Shown here: positions 8,596 to 18,677 of the stretch, in pieces | Numbering within the stretch: position 1 is the stretch's first letter | Layout of the letters: each line of letters begins with the position of its first letter | Assembly: GCA_965200965.1 (NCBI GenBank) | Contig: OZ241744.1 | Coordinates: forward strand, 128,001-192,000 | DNA: 64,000 nucleotides | Direction: 5' to 3' | Source of the DNA: an uncultured Candidatus Binatia bacterium | Lineage (GTDB): Bacteria; Desulfobacterota; Binatia; Bin18 | Program-made: the position numbers and the translations under genes | Notes under the pieces: model-generated | What the model was told of the DNA's origin: nothing | Databases searched by the model: none | Seen by the model: only the letters and a program-made list of their open reading frames with translations

Positions 8596-9705
8596 TTATC
8601 TGCGGGGTGGAAGCAAATCGTCATACAGCACAGCGTTCGCACGGGCCATAGCCTGGACATCAAAATGGGTTTGGGCCCGCTGCTGTCCGGCCCGCCCGAG
8701 GCTGGCGGTCAGGGTCGGGCTGTGGACCAGGTGGGCCAGGGCCGCGGCCAGCGCGCCCGGTGCCTGAGGCGGGACGAGCAGACCGGTGTGACCATCCTCA
8801 ATCAGCTCGGGAATCCCCCCGGCCCGGCTGGCAATAATCGGCCGGCCGGCCGCCAGTGCCTCAATAACGGCCACCCCCAGGCCTTCCCACAGCGGAACGT
8901 GAACAAACACATCGGCGGCCGCCAAATAGGCCGGGACATCGCTGCAAAACCCTGGGAAATGGATCTGTTGGCCCACACCGGCGGCGCGTGCCTGAGCCTC
9001 CAGCGCAGGCCGTTGGGGGCCGTCGCCACACACCATATACGACAGCCGAAGCCCCTGCCGGTGAAGCTGGGCCGCGGCCTCGATCAGGTTCGCCTGGGCC
9101 TTGCGTTTGACCAGTGCCCCAATTGACACGATGAGGATATCGCCACTGTCCAGGCCGTAGCGGCGACGGATCCGTGCTCTGGCCCGCGGGTCGGGCACGA
9201 AGCGGGCGGTGTCGATCCCGCTCGAAATGCGGCGGATGCGGGCGGGTGGGATACCCCCAGCAATCAGGGCCGCCTCTACCCGCTGAGAAATCGCCACCAC
9301 CGCATCAACGCCGGCGGCGTACAAAAACCGCTGCCAGCCTCCCCGCTTCAGCGGATAGTCCATTCTCCGGGTGACGACCCGTTTGACCCTCAAACCGTGC
9401 AGCCACGGGCTCAGGGCGTGGGCGCGAGCGGTATGAAAATGGACCAATTCATAGCCGCCGGTCCGCACTAGACGGCGGAGGCGCAGGCCGGCCAGCGCGT
9501 CACAATCGTTCCGCACCCGCAGCCTGCAGGAGGGCAGGCCGGCTTGGCTGAGCTGGCGGCCCAGAGCGCCGTGTGGAGCGACCGCAACAACCGACCGGTG
9601 GCCAACTCCGTGCAAATAGCGGGTCAAGCCCAAGACTTGGGTTTCACCGCCGCCCCAGCCCCGTTCCGGGTCAACATGCAGAACGGCCCGCCCGTCGCTG
9701 TTCAT
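8596..9705 (-). CDS. GT4 glycosyltransferase (LPS core)
   Basis: GWGGGETQV; EGLGVAVIEALAAGRPIIASRAGGIPE. Confidence 0.9.
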   Translation of the reverse strand: MNSDGRAVLHVDPERGWGGGETQVLGLTRYLHGVGHRSVVAVAPHGALGRQLSQAGLPSCRLRVRNDCDALAGLRLRRLVRTGGYELVHFHTARAHALSPWLHGLRVKRVVTRRMDYPLKRGGWQRFLYAAGVDAVVAISQRVEAALIAGGIPPARIRRISSGIDTARFVPDPRARARIRRRYGLDSGDILIVSIGALVKRKAQANLIEAAAQLHRQGLRLSYMVCGDGPQRPALEAQARAAGVGQQIHFPGFCSDVPAYLAAADVFVHVPLWEGLGVAVIEALAAGRPIIASRAGGIPELIEDGHTGLLVPPQAPGALAAALAHLVHSPTLTASLGRAGQQRAQTHFDVQAMARANAVLYDDLLPPRR

Positions 9706-11338
9706 CGTGTGGCCTGCCCAGCGTGTGTTCCCACAGCTTGGCGTATTTGAGAAAGGTGTAAAAGGCGGCGGTGACTGACACAAAGAAACCCGCCCGCCCC
9801 TCCTGGATACAGCCGCTCAGCACATAGAAACGCACAAAGCGCCACAGGGGACGAAACACGATGCCCCCCACGCGGACCCAGGGGCCGCGCCGGGCTAACT
9901 GGTGTGAGGCGACATCGGTCAGATGATTTACCGTCCGCAGATGGTCCGTAATGTTCTCATATGTATAGTGGTAGATGTTGCTCGATAAGCGGTCAGCTTG
10001 GCCGCGGATCACGACTTTCTCGTGCGGGTCAATCCCGCCCCAGCGCACCTTGGGCTTACGGAATAAACGCAGCCGATGACTGGGATACCAGCCGTGCCAC
10101 CACCAGCGGCCCAGGTAATAGACCAAACGGGGGATGTAAAAACCGTCAACCGCGGGATCATCGCGGACCAAGATCGCCACAATGTCGTGTTGCAGGGCCG
10201 GCGAGACTTCCTCATCGGCATCAATATTCAACACCCAGTCGTAACGGGTTTGGCTCAGCGCAAAACGCTTTTGCTCGACATAACCGGGCCAAGCGCGCTG
10301 AATGACGCGGTCGGTGTACTCCTGACAGATCTGCACAGTTTGATCGCTTGAGAAGGAATCGACAACGATAATCTCATCGCACCATTTGACGCTCTCCAAA
10401 CAGCGGCGCAGGTGCGCGGCCTCGTTCTGACACACAATGAAGCACGAGATCGACGCCCGGCGGGGCATGGCCGACGCGCTCATGTCCTGCGGCACAGGGG
10501 GCACCGCGCCTGATCGCTGGCGCGTCCGGCGGCGGGTGTACTCTCTGTCTTTTCTGTCACGCAGCCCGACGAGTTGGCGCAGCAGCGCTCGGCGACGCCG
10601 GGCTGGAGGCAGGGGCGTGCCCAAATAGCGGTACAAAAAGAAGACACGCAGGCTCAGGCGGACTTGACAACCGAGCGTCCGCTCTAACTGGACCAGGTTC
10701 TTGAGCCGTCGCTGGAGGCTCAGGGCCGGGAAGCGCTGTACCCGGTCAAGATCAACCAGGTAAAAACGCCAGTCCGTGTCACCGACCGCCTCAACAAAAA
10801 GATTGGCGTCTTTCATGTCTCCGGCGTACAAGCCGGTGCCGTGAAAGCGCCGCAAAAAATCGGCCAGGGCCGCCAGGAAACGACGCTGTTGGGCGACCGA
10901 CCAGCCGATGTGGCGCTCCTGCCAATATCGGTCCAAGCCGACTTGGGCGACCAACCCCTGACTGACATACACGCTCTCCCGTACCGTCCCGGCCCGCCGC
11001 CGCTCCAGTACGGCCAGGGGACGGGGCACGCAGAAGCCGTGTTCGTGGAGCAGATGCGCGCCCTGCCAGGAACGGCGGGCCGGTGAGCCGTGCAGTAAGG
11101 CGTCGCCGACCCGGCCCCAGTGCCGCAAACGGCAATGCTTGGTCACCACCGCGCCAAGGGGCAGGGAAACCAGACGCACGATCGTCTTCTTGTCGTGCTT
11201 CAGAATCCGGCTCGGGCCCCACTCCTGCGGAGCGGCCGACAAGCGCTCGGTCAGGTCCGGCCTGTCTCCAACACACAAGACGGCTGAGAGAGGGGAGGGT
11301 GCCACGATAGGCTGCTCCGCGCGACGGGGCTCGCACAC
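9671..11338 (-). CDS. Fusion of an LPS kinase (InaA/Kdo/WaaP-like) and a GT2 glycosyltransferase
   Basis: N-terminal H..GLYAGDMKDANL...LVDLDR kinase motifs; C-terminal NEAAHLRRCLESVKWCDEIIVVDSFSSD, IDADE, HE, FLKYAKLWE. Confidence 0.88.
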   Translation of the reverse strand: MCEPRRAEQPIVAPSPLSAVLCVGDRPDLTERLSAAPQEWGPSRILKHDKKTIVRLVSLPLGAVVTKHCRLRHWGRVGDALLHGSPARRSWQGAHLLHEHGFCVPRPLAVLERRRAGTVRESVYVSQGLVAQVGLDRYWQERHIGWSVAQQRRFLAALADFLRRFHGTGLYAGDMKDANLFVEAVGDTDWRFYLVDLDRVQRFPALSLQRRLKNLVQLERTLGCQVRLSLRVFFLYRYLGTPLPPARRRRALLRQLVGLRDRKDREYTRRRTRQRSGAVPPVPQDMSASAMPRRASISCFIVCQNEAAHLRRCLESVKWCDEIIVVDSFSSDQTVQICQEYTDRVIQRAWPGYVEQKRFALSQTRYDWVLNIDADEEVSPALQHDIVAILVRDDPAVDGFYIPRLVYYLGRWWWHGWYPSHRLRLFRKPKVRWGGIDPHEKVVIRGQADRLSSNIYHYTYENITDHLRTVNHLTDVASHQLARRGPWVRVGGIVFRPLWRFVRFYVLSGCIQEGRAGFFVSVTAAFYTFLKYAKLWEHTLGRPHDEQRRAGRSAC

Positions 11339-11343
11339 CGATG

Positions 11344-12588
11344 CTAGGACAGATAGCCCAGATCCGCCATCCGCTTCTCAAGCGCACGCCGCTCTTCGAC
11401 GCTCATTTTCTGGCCGGGATTGGCAGCCAGCGGACCGCTCTGGAGGCGCTCAATCTGCTGGCGGAGTCTCAGCCTGACCTCGGGCTGGATGTCAATCAGG
11501 TTGTGTTGTTCGTGCGGGTCGGCCGTCAGGTGGTACAGTTCTTCGGGTAGCTTGGGATTTTCCGGGGCATAGATATATTTCCACTCCGCGGTCCGCCAGC
11601 CGACCCGCCGATCACGCGGGTTGGAGTGGATACGCAAGAAGGCTTCAAGGTAGGCTTCGAGTTTGAGCGGTGTATCGGCCTGCAGGGCCGGGACGAGGCT
11701 CTGGCCGTGGATACCGCTCGGCGGCGTCAGCCCGGCCAGTTCGAGCAGGGTCGGCAGGACATCGACCTGGCGCACCGGTTGCGTGACGGTTTTTCCCAGT
11801 GGGAGCTGGGGATGGGCGGTGGGCCCGATGAATGAGAACACCAGCGGCACACGAATGAGGTTTTCATACACGTCCATCTCGTGTCCCTCGCGCTTGGCTA
11901 TGGACGAGCCGAAGAGGTCGCGGAACAGGCGATAGGTCCGGTAGCCAAGATCCGTCTTGACCAGTTTCTCACCGTGGTCGCCATGCACAACGACAATTGT
12001 ATTCGGCGGGACAGTGTTCATCAGTGTGGCCAGTTGGGCGTCCAGACACGACAGCGCCCGCTCATAGCGGTTGCGGCCGTAGGCCCGGCCGCGGAACTGA
12101 GGCAGGATATGGCGGTGGTGGTGCAGTTCCCACAGGTGTAACAACAGAAACCACGGCTGGTGAGAGGCGGTTTGCAGACGGTGCCGAAAGTCTGTTCCCC
12201 ACGGGGTGGAAAGATAGGCCGGACCATCCCGAAAATTGTAGGTGTCAAAACCCCGGTCAAGCCGGGTTTCGGGAAACAGCGGACCGCTCATCTCGGCGTG
12301 GGTATGATAGCCGTGTGCCTGAAAGACCTCAACTAAGGAAGACACCTCGGGGCTGAGCTTGAGGCCAAAAATAGAGCGGATACCGTGGACGAAGGAATAG
12401 GTGCCAGTCAGCAGGCTGGCCACACACGGCGTGGTTGAAGAGGCGGACGAAACGGCCTGGGTACAGCTGACTCCCGAGCGGACCAGACGGTCCAGGGTCG
12501 GGGTTTGGCAGCCGCGTTGCCGGCCAAAGAGCGCGTCAGCCCGCAAACAATCAATGAGCAGGACAAGGATATTCGGCTGTGATGTCAT
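11344..12588 (-). CDS. Sulfatase/alkaline-phosphatase superfamily hydrolase or transferase
   Basis: LIDCLRAD, TPTLDRL, TTPCVASLLTG, HGDHGE, ELYHLTADPHE, C-terminal LADLGY-type motif. Confidence 0.88.
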   Translation of the reverse strand: MTSQPNILVLLIDCLRADALFGRQRGCQTPTLDRLVRSGVSCTQAVSSASSTTPCVASLLTGTYSFVHGIRSIFGLKLSPEVSSLVEVFQAHGYHTHAEMSGPLFPETRLDRGFDTYNFRDGPAYLSTPWGTDFRHRLQTASHQPWFLLLHLWELHHHRHILPQFRGRAYGRNRYERALSCLDAQLATLMNTVPPNTIVVVHGDHGEKLVKTDLGYRTYRLFRDLFGSSIAKREGHEMDVYENLIRVPLVFSFIGPTAHPQLPLGKTVTQPVRQVDVLPTLLELAGLTPPSGIHGQSLVPALQADTPLKLEAYLEAFLRIHSNPRDRRVGWRTAEWKYIYAPENPKLPEELYHLTADPHEQHNLIDIQPEVRLRLRQQIERLQSGPLAANPGQKMSVEERRALEKRMADLGYLS

Positions 12589-12604
12589 ATGCCGCTCTCA
12601 GCTA

Positions 12605-13651
12605 TCAGCTACCGACGGCCCGCTCAACAGCCTCAAGGACCTGGGTTGCTTGAATGCGTTGCATACACCGGCGACCGATACGGCATCGCCGCGCGTAGCA
12701 CGGGCTACAGGCCGCCGGCCCGGCTATCACCAGTTCCTCCGACCCCCACGGTGCCGAGCGAATCGGGCTGGTTGCCCCCCACAGCGAGACAACCGGCGTG
12801 CCGGTTGCGGCCGCGATATGCATCGGCCCCGAGTCCGGTCCAAAGGCGACTCGACAGCGCGAGAAGATCCCGATCAGGTCGCGCAGGCTGGTCTGTCCGC
12901 TCAGATCGGTGATCCCCGGCCCACCCGCCCGCCTGATCGCCCGCGCAAACGCCACCTCGCCCGGCCCCCCGAGCAGGACAACCCCCAGACCACGCTCGGT
13001 CCTCAGCACCCGGGCCACCTGAACGGTCTGCTCAGCAAACCAAAACCGGCTCGGCCAACGTGAACCCAGAAAAAACGCGGCAAACGGCCGTGGCGTGTTC
13101 GTCAGCAGGCGTTCGACCCGTTGCTCCTCCTCGGGGCGGAGGCGCAGCCCGAACTCGACGGCCGGCGCGTCTTCTTGTCCCTCTAGCCCCAGGCGCTCGG
13201 TAAACTTGAGATAGTGGCCCAGCTTGAGCGAAAAATCGGCCACCGGTTCGATGCTGTGGGTATTGAACAGCCAGTTGCCCTCTTTACTGTTTGTCCGATG
13301 GAAGCCCAGCCGGACCGGTGCGGCCGACCACCAACTGACCAGACCGCTTTTGGCGTGCCGCTGCAAATCGAGCACCAGATCAAACTTCTGGTGTCGAACC
13401 GTGCGCAGAAACGGGACAAAGGCCCGCAGTCCGCGCGCCCGGTGATACACCAGGGTGTCGTTCAGGGCCGGATGGTAGTCAAGCAGTGGTGCTGCGGCCG
13501 ACTCGACCGCCCAGGCAATATGGCTGGAGGGAGAGACACGCCGGACCCGCATCAGGAGTGGCAGGGCTCTGGTGACATCGCCGATTGCTCCCAGCAGCAC
13601 AATCAAAATGCGCTGTGGACTATCGACTTGAAGAGGCGGCAGGGTGGTCAC
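12605..13651 (-). CDS. GT9 lipopolysaccharide heptosyltransferase (WaaC/WaaF family)
   Basis: ILIVLLGAIGDV, DLSGQTSL, DSGPMHIAAATGTPVVSLWGAT. Confidence 0.92.
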   Translation of the reverse strand: MTTLPPLQVDSPQRILIVLLGAIGDVTRALPLLMRVRRVSPSSHIAWAVESAAAPLLDYHPALNDTLVYHRARGLRAFVPFLRTVRHQKFDLVLDLQRHAKSGLVSWWSAAPVRLGFHRTNSKEGNWLFNTHSIEPVADFSLKLGHYLKFTERLGLEGQEDAPAVEFGLRLRPEEEQRVERLLTNTPRPFAAFFLGSRWPSRFWFAEQTVQVARVLRTERGLGVVLLGGPGEVAFARAIRRAGGPGITDLSGQTSLRDLIGIFSRCRVAFGPDSGPMHIAAATGTPVVSLWGATSPIRSAPWGSEELVIAGPAACSPCYARRCRIGRRCMQRIQATQVLEAVERAVGS

Positions 13652-13796
13652 ATATGCATCCTATCCCCCCGGAGATTTCCACGTCGAGCCCGGCAAAAAA
13701 CTCGCCGACCGGGAGCCCTGCTTCGGCCTCAACGAGACCCCTTGTATTCCGAGGCCCTATTGATGGGAGGCGCGGTTTACGCTACAGCCTACAGCC

Positions 13797-14423
13797 ATGC
13801 CGGATGTGCGACAACAGTTGTTGGCGGCCCTGGTGGAGCGGTCCTACCGCTGGGACCCGGTCAGGAAATTCCGGTTGGCCTCAGGACGGCTGAGTGACTA
13901 TTACCTGGAGTGCAAGCGGACGACCTTCAGAGCGGACTGCCTGCCACTCGTTGGCCGGGTGCTGCATGAACTTGTCAAGGGCCGGGCGGTGGCCTGTGGT
14001 GGACTGACCCAGGGCGCAGACCCCCTGGCCTTGGCCCTGGCCTACTACAGCGCCGGGCAGGACGATCCGGTTCAGGCCTTCAGTGTTCGCAAACAACCCA
14101 AACCGCACGGCACCCAGCGCCGGATTGAGGGCTGTGTTAATCCGGGCGATCGGGTCTTTGTGCTTGATGATGTGGTTACAACTGGCGATTCGACGGTCAC
14201 GGCGATTCGGACCTGCCGAGAAGAGGGCCTGGACGTTCGGGGTGTGGTAGTCCTGGTTGACCGTGAAGAGGATGACGGACGACACAACATTCAGGCCGCC
14301 CTCGGCCCGGACCTGCCGGTCCGGGCCGTCTTTACCCGCATGGAGATTGAGGCCGCTCGGTGCGCTCTCCACCGCTCTCCACCCCTATCCCCCAATCAAG
14401 CAGATCAGAAAGGAGGACATCCA
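13797..14423 (+). CDS. pyrE: Orotate phosphoribosyltransferase (no own stop; reads in frame into the next gene)
   Basis: FRLASGRLSDYY, GADPLA, VRKQPKPHGT, VLDDVVTTGDS PRPP motif, LVDRE. Confidence 0.92.
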
Positions 14424-15218
14424 TTGGCAGAAACACAAGGATGGCAAGACGAAACGGTACAGGTCGCTGGTACCGAGTTGGCAGTGACGAAGAGAGGCTC
14501 CGGTCCCGCCCTGCTCGTGTTACACGAAGAACTGGGACATCCAGGCATTACCCGCTGGCATGAAGAGTTGGCCCGAACCCATACGGTGATGATTCCGCAC
14601 CATCCGGGCTTTGGCAAATCACCCCGGGTTGAATGGGTCAACAATGTGCGCGACTTGGCCGGTTTCTACTCGCAGGTGCTCCAGGACCAGGGGCTGGCAC
14701 CGACGAATGTCATTGGCTTTTCGCTGGGCGGCTGGGTTGCGGCGGAGATGGCGGCCGCCAACGCCGGCCAGTTCCGGCGTCTGGTGCTGGTTGGCGCGAC
14801 CGGTATCCGACCGCCCGAGGGCGAGATCAAAGATATGTTCGTGGTGACCGCCCGCGCCTATCTTGATGCCAGCGTGGCCGACATGGAAAACACCCCGGAG
14901 TTCGCCAAACTGTACGGCGGTGAGCAGACCCCCGAGCAGTACGAAGCCTGGGAAGACGCGCGGGCCGAGACCGCCCGTATCGCCTGGCAGCCGTACATGT
15001 TCTACCCCAGCCTCGGTCCGCTGCTGGCCGGGGCCAAAGACCTGCCGACCCTCATCATCTGGGGCCGGGACGATGCCGTTGTGCCGCTCAGTGCCGGCCA
15101 AGCCTATAACAAGGCGATTCCCGGCTCCGAGCTCGTCGTGTTTGACAACTGTGGCCACCGGCCCGAGATTGAGCAGGCCGACGCCTTTGTTGAGCGGGTC
15201 CGGCGTTTTCTGGCCTAG
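14424..15218 (+). CDS. Alpha/beta fold hydrolase
   Basis: Own AAGGAGGA RBS and TTG at 14424; HPGFGKS, GFSLGG nucleophile elbow, WGRDD, CGHRPEIE. Confidence 0.9.
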   Translation: MAETQGWQDETVQVAGTELAVTKRGSGPALLVLHEELGHPGITRWHEELARTHTVMIPHHPGFGKSPRVEWVNNVRDLAGFYSQVLQDQGLAPTNVIGFSLGGWVAAEMAAANAGQFRRLVLVGATGIRPPEGEIKDMFVVTARAYLDASVADMENTPEFAKLYGGEQTPEQYEAWEDARAETARIAWQPYMFYPSLGPLLAGAKDLPTLIIWGRDDAVVPLSAGQAYNKAIPGSELVVFDNCGHRPEIEQADAFVERVRRFLA

Positions 15219-15268
15219 CCTGCTGCTGCGCCAGACCAGGCCGACCCAGCCTGGTCCTGGCCGTGGTC

Positions 15269-16423
15269 CTAATCCCGATACGCGGTGTACTCACGGCCAA
15301 ACGCCTCACGGGCGACAATACCCTTCATGATCTCCGGCGTGCCGTCGCCGATTTCCAGGCCGAGCACATCCCGCCAGCGCTGCTCCAGCGGCGCGTCCAT
15401 GCTGTAGCCGTAATGGCCGTGTAAAATGATGCAGGCGTGAATCGCCTCAGCCGAGAACTTAGGCCCCATCCATTTGGCCATCGCTGCTTCTTGTGTGTGT
15501 TTGCGGCCCTGATCTTTGAGCCACAGACACTTGTAGGACACCAAACGGGCTGCTTCGAGCAGGCTCAGATGCTCGGCAATCTGAAACGCCACGCCCTCAA
15601 ACTTGGCCAAGGGTTTGCCAAACACGGTTCGCTCCTTGGTGTACTCAATGGTCTCGTCGAGCGACTGCTGGGCGGCACCGATACAGGCCAAGCCGATAAT
15701 TGCCCGGTTGAAATCAAAGGCGACCATGGCCTGCTGAAAGCCTCGGCTCTCATCACCGACCCGATTGCGAGCCGGCACCCGCACTCTGTCAAAAAACAGC
15801 GAGCCACGCTGGGTCAAGCGTTCGCCCGGGCTCTTGTACACTTGGCGGCCGACGCCCGGGCTGTCGAGCGGGACCAGAAACGCGGACAGGCCGCGGGCTC
15901 CCTGCTCACCGGTGCGGGCAAAGACAATGCAGGCGTCGGCATACCCGGCAAAGGTAATTGAGGCTTTTTCGCCGCTGATGACATAGTCGTCACCCATCTG
16001 CTCGGCCCGGGTGGCGATGTGAGCCGCGTCTGAGCCGGCGCTCGGCTCGGTCAGACCAAAAGCGATGACCGCGTCACCCGTGACATGCCGGGGCAGCCAC
16101 TCGGCCTGAACCTCAGGCTGGGCATAGTCGGCCAGCAGTTCCGAGCCGATGAGACCCAGTTGGATATACAGGCTATAGTTGAAGTCCCCCCGTGACAGCT
16201 CCTCAGTCATCAGGCCGCAGGTGACATAGTCGGCCTCCTGACCACCGAACTTTTCCGGCACCCGCAGCCCGAAGATGCCGAGTTGGGCCGCCTCACGCAA
16301 CTCCTCGCGGCCAATCGTGTGGCCCCTGTCCCAGTGGGCGTACTTGGGCAACAGTTTTTCCTTGGCGTACTGGCGCAGGCTGTCTTGGAGCAGGCGTTGA
16401 TCTTGACTGAAGGCGAAGTCCAT
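15269..16423 (-). CDS. Acyl-CoA dehydrogenase, cyclohexanecarboxyl-CoA dehydrogenase (AliB)-like
   Basis: LTEPSAGSDAA, RGSLFFD, LWLKDQG.KHTQEAAMAKW, HGHYGYS, RDVLGLEIGDGT; GGAGGA RBS. Confidence 0.85.
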   Translation of the reverse strand: MDFAFSQDQRLLQDSLRQYAKEKLLPKYAHWDRGHTIGREELREAAQLGIFGLRVPEKFGGQEADYVTCGLMTEELSRGDFNYSLYIQLGLIGSELLADYAQPEVQAEWLPRHVTGDAVIAFGLTEPSAGSDAAHIATRAEQMGDDYVISGEKASITFAGYADACIVFARTGEQGARGLSAFLVPLDSPGVGRQVYKSPGERLTQRGSLFFDRVRVPARNRVGDESRGFQQAMVAFDFNRAIIGLACIGAAQQSLDETIEYTKERTVFGKPLAKFEGVAFQIAEHLSLLEAARLVSYKCLWLKDQGRKHTQEAAMAKWMGPKFSAEAIHACIILHGHYGYSMDAPLEQRWRDVLGLEIGDGTPEIMKGIVAREAFGREYTAYRD

Positions 16424-16622
16424 GGCGCTCCTCCCAGCGTGGGTACCCATGATACTTGGGCACGGGAGGGGGCCGCAAGATATGCCCAGAGAGGCAAGTC
16501 TGGCCCCCTGTTTCGCTTTTTTGGCCGGAGTGGGCTATAAGCCGCCAGGGGACTGTGATTGAGGGAAGGCGGTGATCTCAGGTGGTCGCCGCCGCTCGCC
16601 TTGCAGGAGTAAGGAGCCAGAT

Positions 16623-17810
16623 ATGGATTTTAGCTATTCACCGGAAGAAGAAAAATTCCGTGGGGAAGTCCGGGCCTGGATGGACGCCAATGTGCCGGAC
16701 GAGCTGCGGGGCGGCAAGGACGAAGACCTGGAGCCCGAAGAACGCTGGCGGCGCGGGCTTGACTGGCATCAGAAACTCCACGAAGGGGGCTGGGTCGGCC
16801 TGTGGTGGCCCGAGGAGTACGGCGGGCGTGGGGCATCGCTCATTGAACAGGCGATCTTCAATGAGGAGATGAGTCGCCTGGGCGTGTCGCAGGGGGTGAA
16901 TCTGAGCGGCATTTCGCTGCTGGGACCGACCCTGATGCACTGGGGAACGGAGGCGCAGAAGGAACGTTTCCTGCCCAGGATCCTGCCGGCCGAACACATT
17001 TGGTGCCAGGGCTATTCCGAGCCGGGCTCGGGCTCGGACCTGGCCTCGATACAGACCCGGGCGGTTGAAGATGGCGACTATTTTGTGATCAACGGTCAGA
17101 AGGTGTGGACGAGTTGGGCACAGTACTCGGACTGGTGTTTTGTGTTGGTGCGGACAGACCCCGACGCCCCCAAACATAAGGGCATCAGCTATATCCTGGT
17201 CGATATGCACAGCCCCGGCGTGACGGTCCGGCCCCTGCTTCAGATCAACGGCGACTCGGAGTTCAACGAGGTGTTTTTTGAGGAGGTGCGTGTGCCCAGA
17301 GAGAACTTGCTCGGCGACCTCAATCAGGGCTGGATGGTGGCGATTACCACCCTCATGTTTGAGCGGGTGTCGAGCGGCAGCTTTTACCGCTTTGAGAAGG
17401 TCTTGCCCCAGTTGTACGAGCTGGCCCGGCAGCTTGAGTTGGGCGGTCGGCCGGCGATTGAGGACGAGGCCGTACGCCAAAAACTGGTTCAGTTCTCTAT
17501 TGAGGCCCAAGCCATCAAGTATAACGACCTGCGGCGGCTGACCCGCCAGCTCCAGGGCCAGCCGCCGGGACCCGAAGGCTCGTTTTCCAAGATCATGTCA
17601 AGCGAACTCAACATGCGGGTGGTTGACTTTGCGATGGAATTGCTGGGGCCGTATTCGGTGCTGGCCAAGGGATCGCCGTTTGCCCTGGATCAGGCCCGCT
17701 GGTCGTATCGGATGCTGAGCGCGCGAGGCGGCACGATCGCCGCCGGCACGAATGAGATTTTGCGTGGGGTGATCGGCGAGCGCGTGCTAGGGCTGCCCAA
17801 GTCCCGCTAG
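16623..17810 (+). CDS. Acyl-CoA dehydrogenase (FadE family)
   Basis: WCQGYSEPGSGSDLAS, NGQKVWTS, FNEVFF, TIAAGTNEI..VIGERVLGLPK. Confidence 0.93.
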   Translation: MDFSYSPEEEKFRGEVRAWMDANVPDELRGGKDEDLEPEERWRRGLDWHQKLHEGGWVGLWWPEEYGGRGASLIEQAIFNEEMSRLGVSQGVNLSGISLLGPTLMHWGTEAQKERFLPRILPAEHIWCQGYSEPGSGSDLASIQTRAVEDGDYFVINGQKVWTSWAQYSDWCFVLVRTDPDAPKHKGISYILVDMHSPGVTVRPLLQINGDSEFNEVFFEEVRVPRENLLGDLNQGWMVAITTLMFERVSSGSFYRFEKVLPQLYELARQLELGGRPAIEDEAVRQKLVQFSIEAQAIKYNDLRRLTRQLQGQPPGPEGSFSKIMSSELNMRVVDFAMELLGPYSVLAKGSPFALDQARWSYRMLSARGGTIAAGTNEILRGVIGERVLGLPKSR

Positions 17811-17822
17811 GACCTCAAACGC

Positions 17823-17852
17823 TTGACACCCCGGAGAGGCCTGGACTAGCAT
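17823..17852 (+). promoter_or_regulatory. Sigma70-like promoter
   Basis: TTGACA, 18 nt, TAGCAT upstream of an AGGAGG RBS and ATG 17879. Confidence 0.55.
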
Positions 17853-17878
17853 GGCCGGCCGCACAAAAGGAGGAAGCT

Positions 17879-18663
17879 ATGGCGAGTGGAACAGCGACCA
17901 AGATGTGGGCCCTGCCCAACGCAACCCTGACCGTGCCGCAGAGTCTCCTGGCCCACGGCGGGTCTGATGCACTGGTGGAGATTCCGTGCCCAGCCTATCT
18001 GATCGAACACCCCAAGGGCTTGGTCCTGTTTGATACCGGCTGCCATCCGGCTGCGGCCGATGACCCAGTCGGCCACTGGGGGCCGTTTGCCGAAGCCCTT
18101 CAGATCACCTACCCCAAAGAGCTGCTGCTTGACCGCCAGATTCAGGCTCTAGGCTACAAGATGGAAGACATCAAATATGTGATCGTCTCCCACCTGCATC
18201 TCGACCACACCGGCTATCTGCACGCCTTTCCGAACGCCAGGTTCCTGATTATGGAAAACGAGTTGCGCTACGCCTACTGGCCGGATACGCATCTCCGGGA
18301 CGTGTTTGTGTTCAAAGATATTGTACCGACCCGCAACTTCGACTGGCTGGAACTCCAGGGCGACTTTGACGTGTTTGGCGACAGCAGCCTGCACCTGCTG
18401 AAAACCCCCGGCCACACGCCGGGCGAAAGCTCGCTGTATGTCCGCCTGCCCAACCGCTCCATCCTGCTCGTTGGCGATACGCTCCACCTGCGGATGCAGT
18501 TCGACACCCTGGCCGGGATGCCGTTGGACACCGATCCAATCAGTCGTCCCTGTCGATCCAGCGTATCAAAGCGTTGCGCGACCTGCACGAGGCCAGCGTC
18601 TGGATTTCGCACGATCCCGATGACTGGGCCGAGTTTCCGCACGCGCCCACGGCGATCGAATAG
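17879..18663 (+). pseudogene. N-acyl-homoserine lactonase family metallo-beta-lactamase with a frameshift near 18535-18540
   Basis: LFDTG, SHLHLDH, TPGHTPG, LVGD; the expected C-terminus QSSLSIQRIKALRD...WISHDP...IE* is in another frame ending at 18663. Confidence 0.85.
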
Positions 18664-18677
18664 GCCGGAGAAGACCT

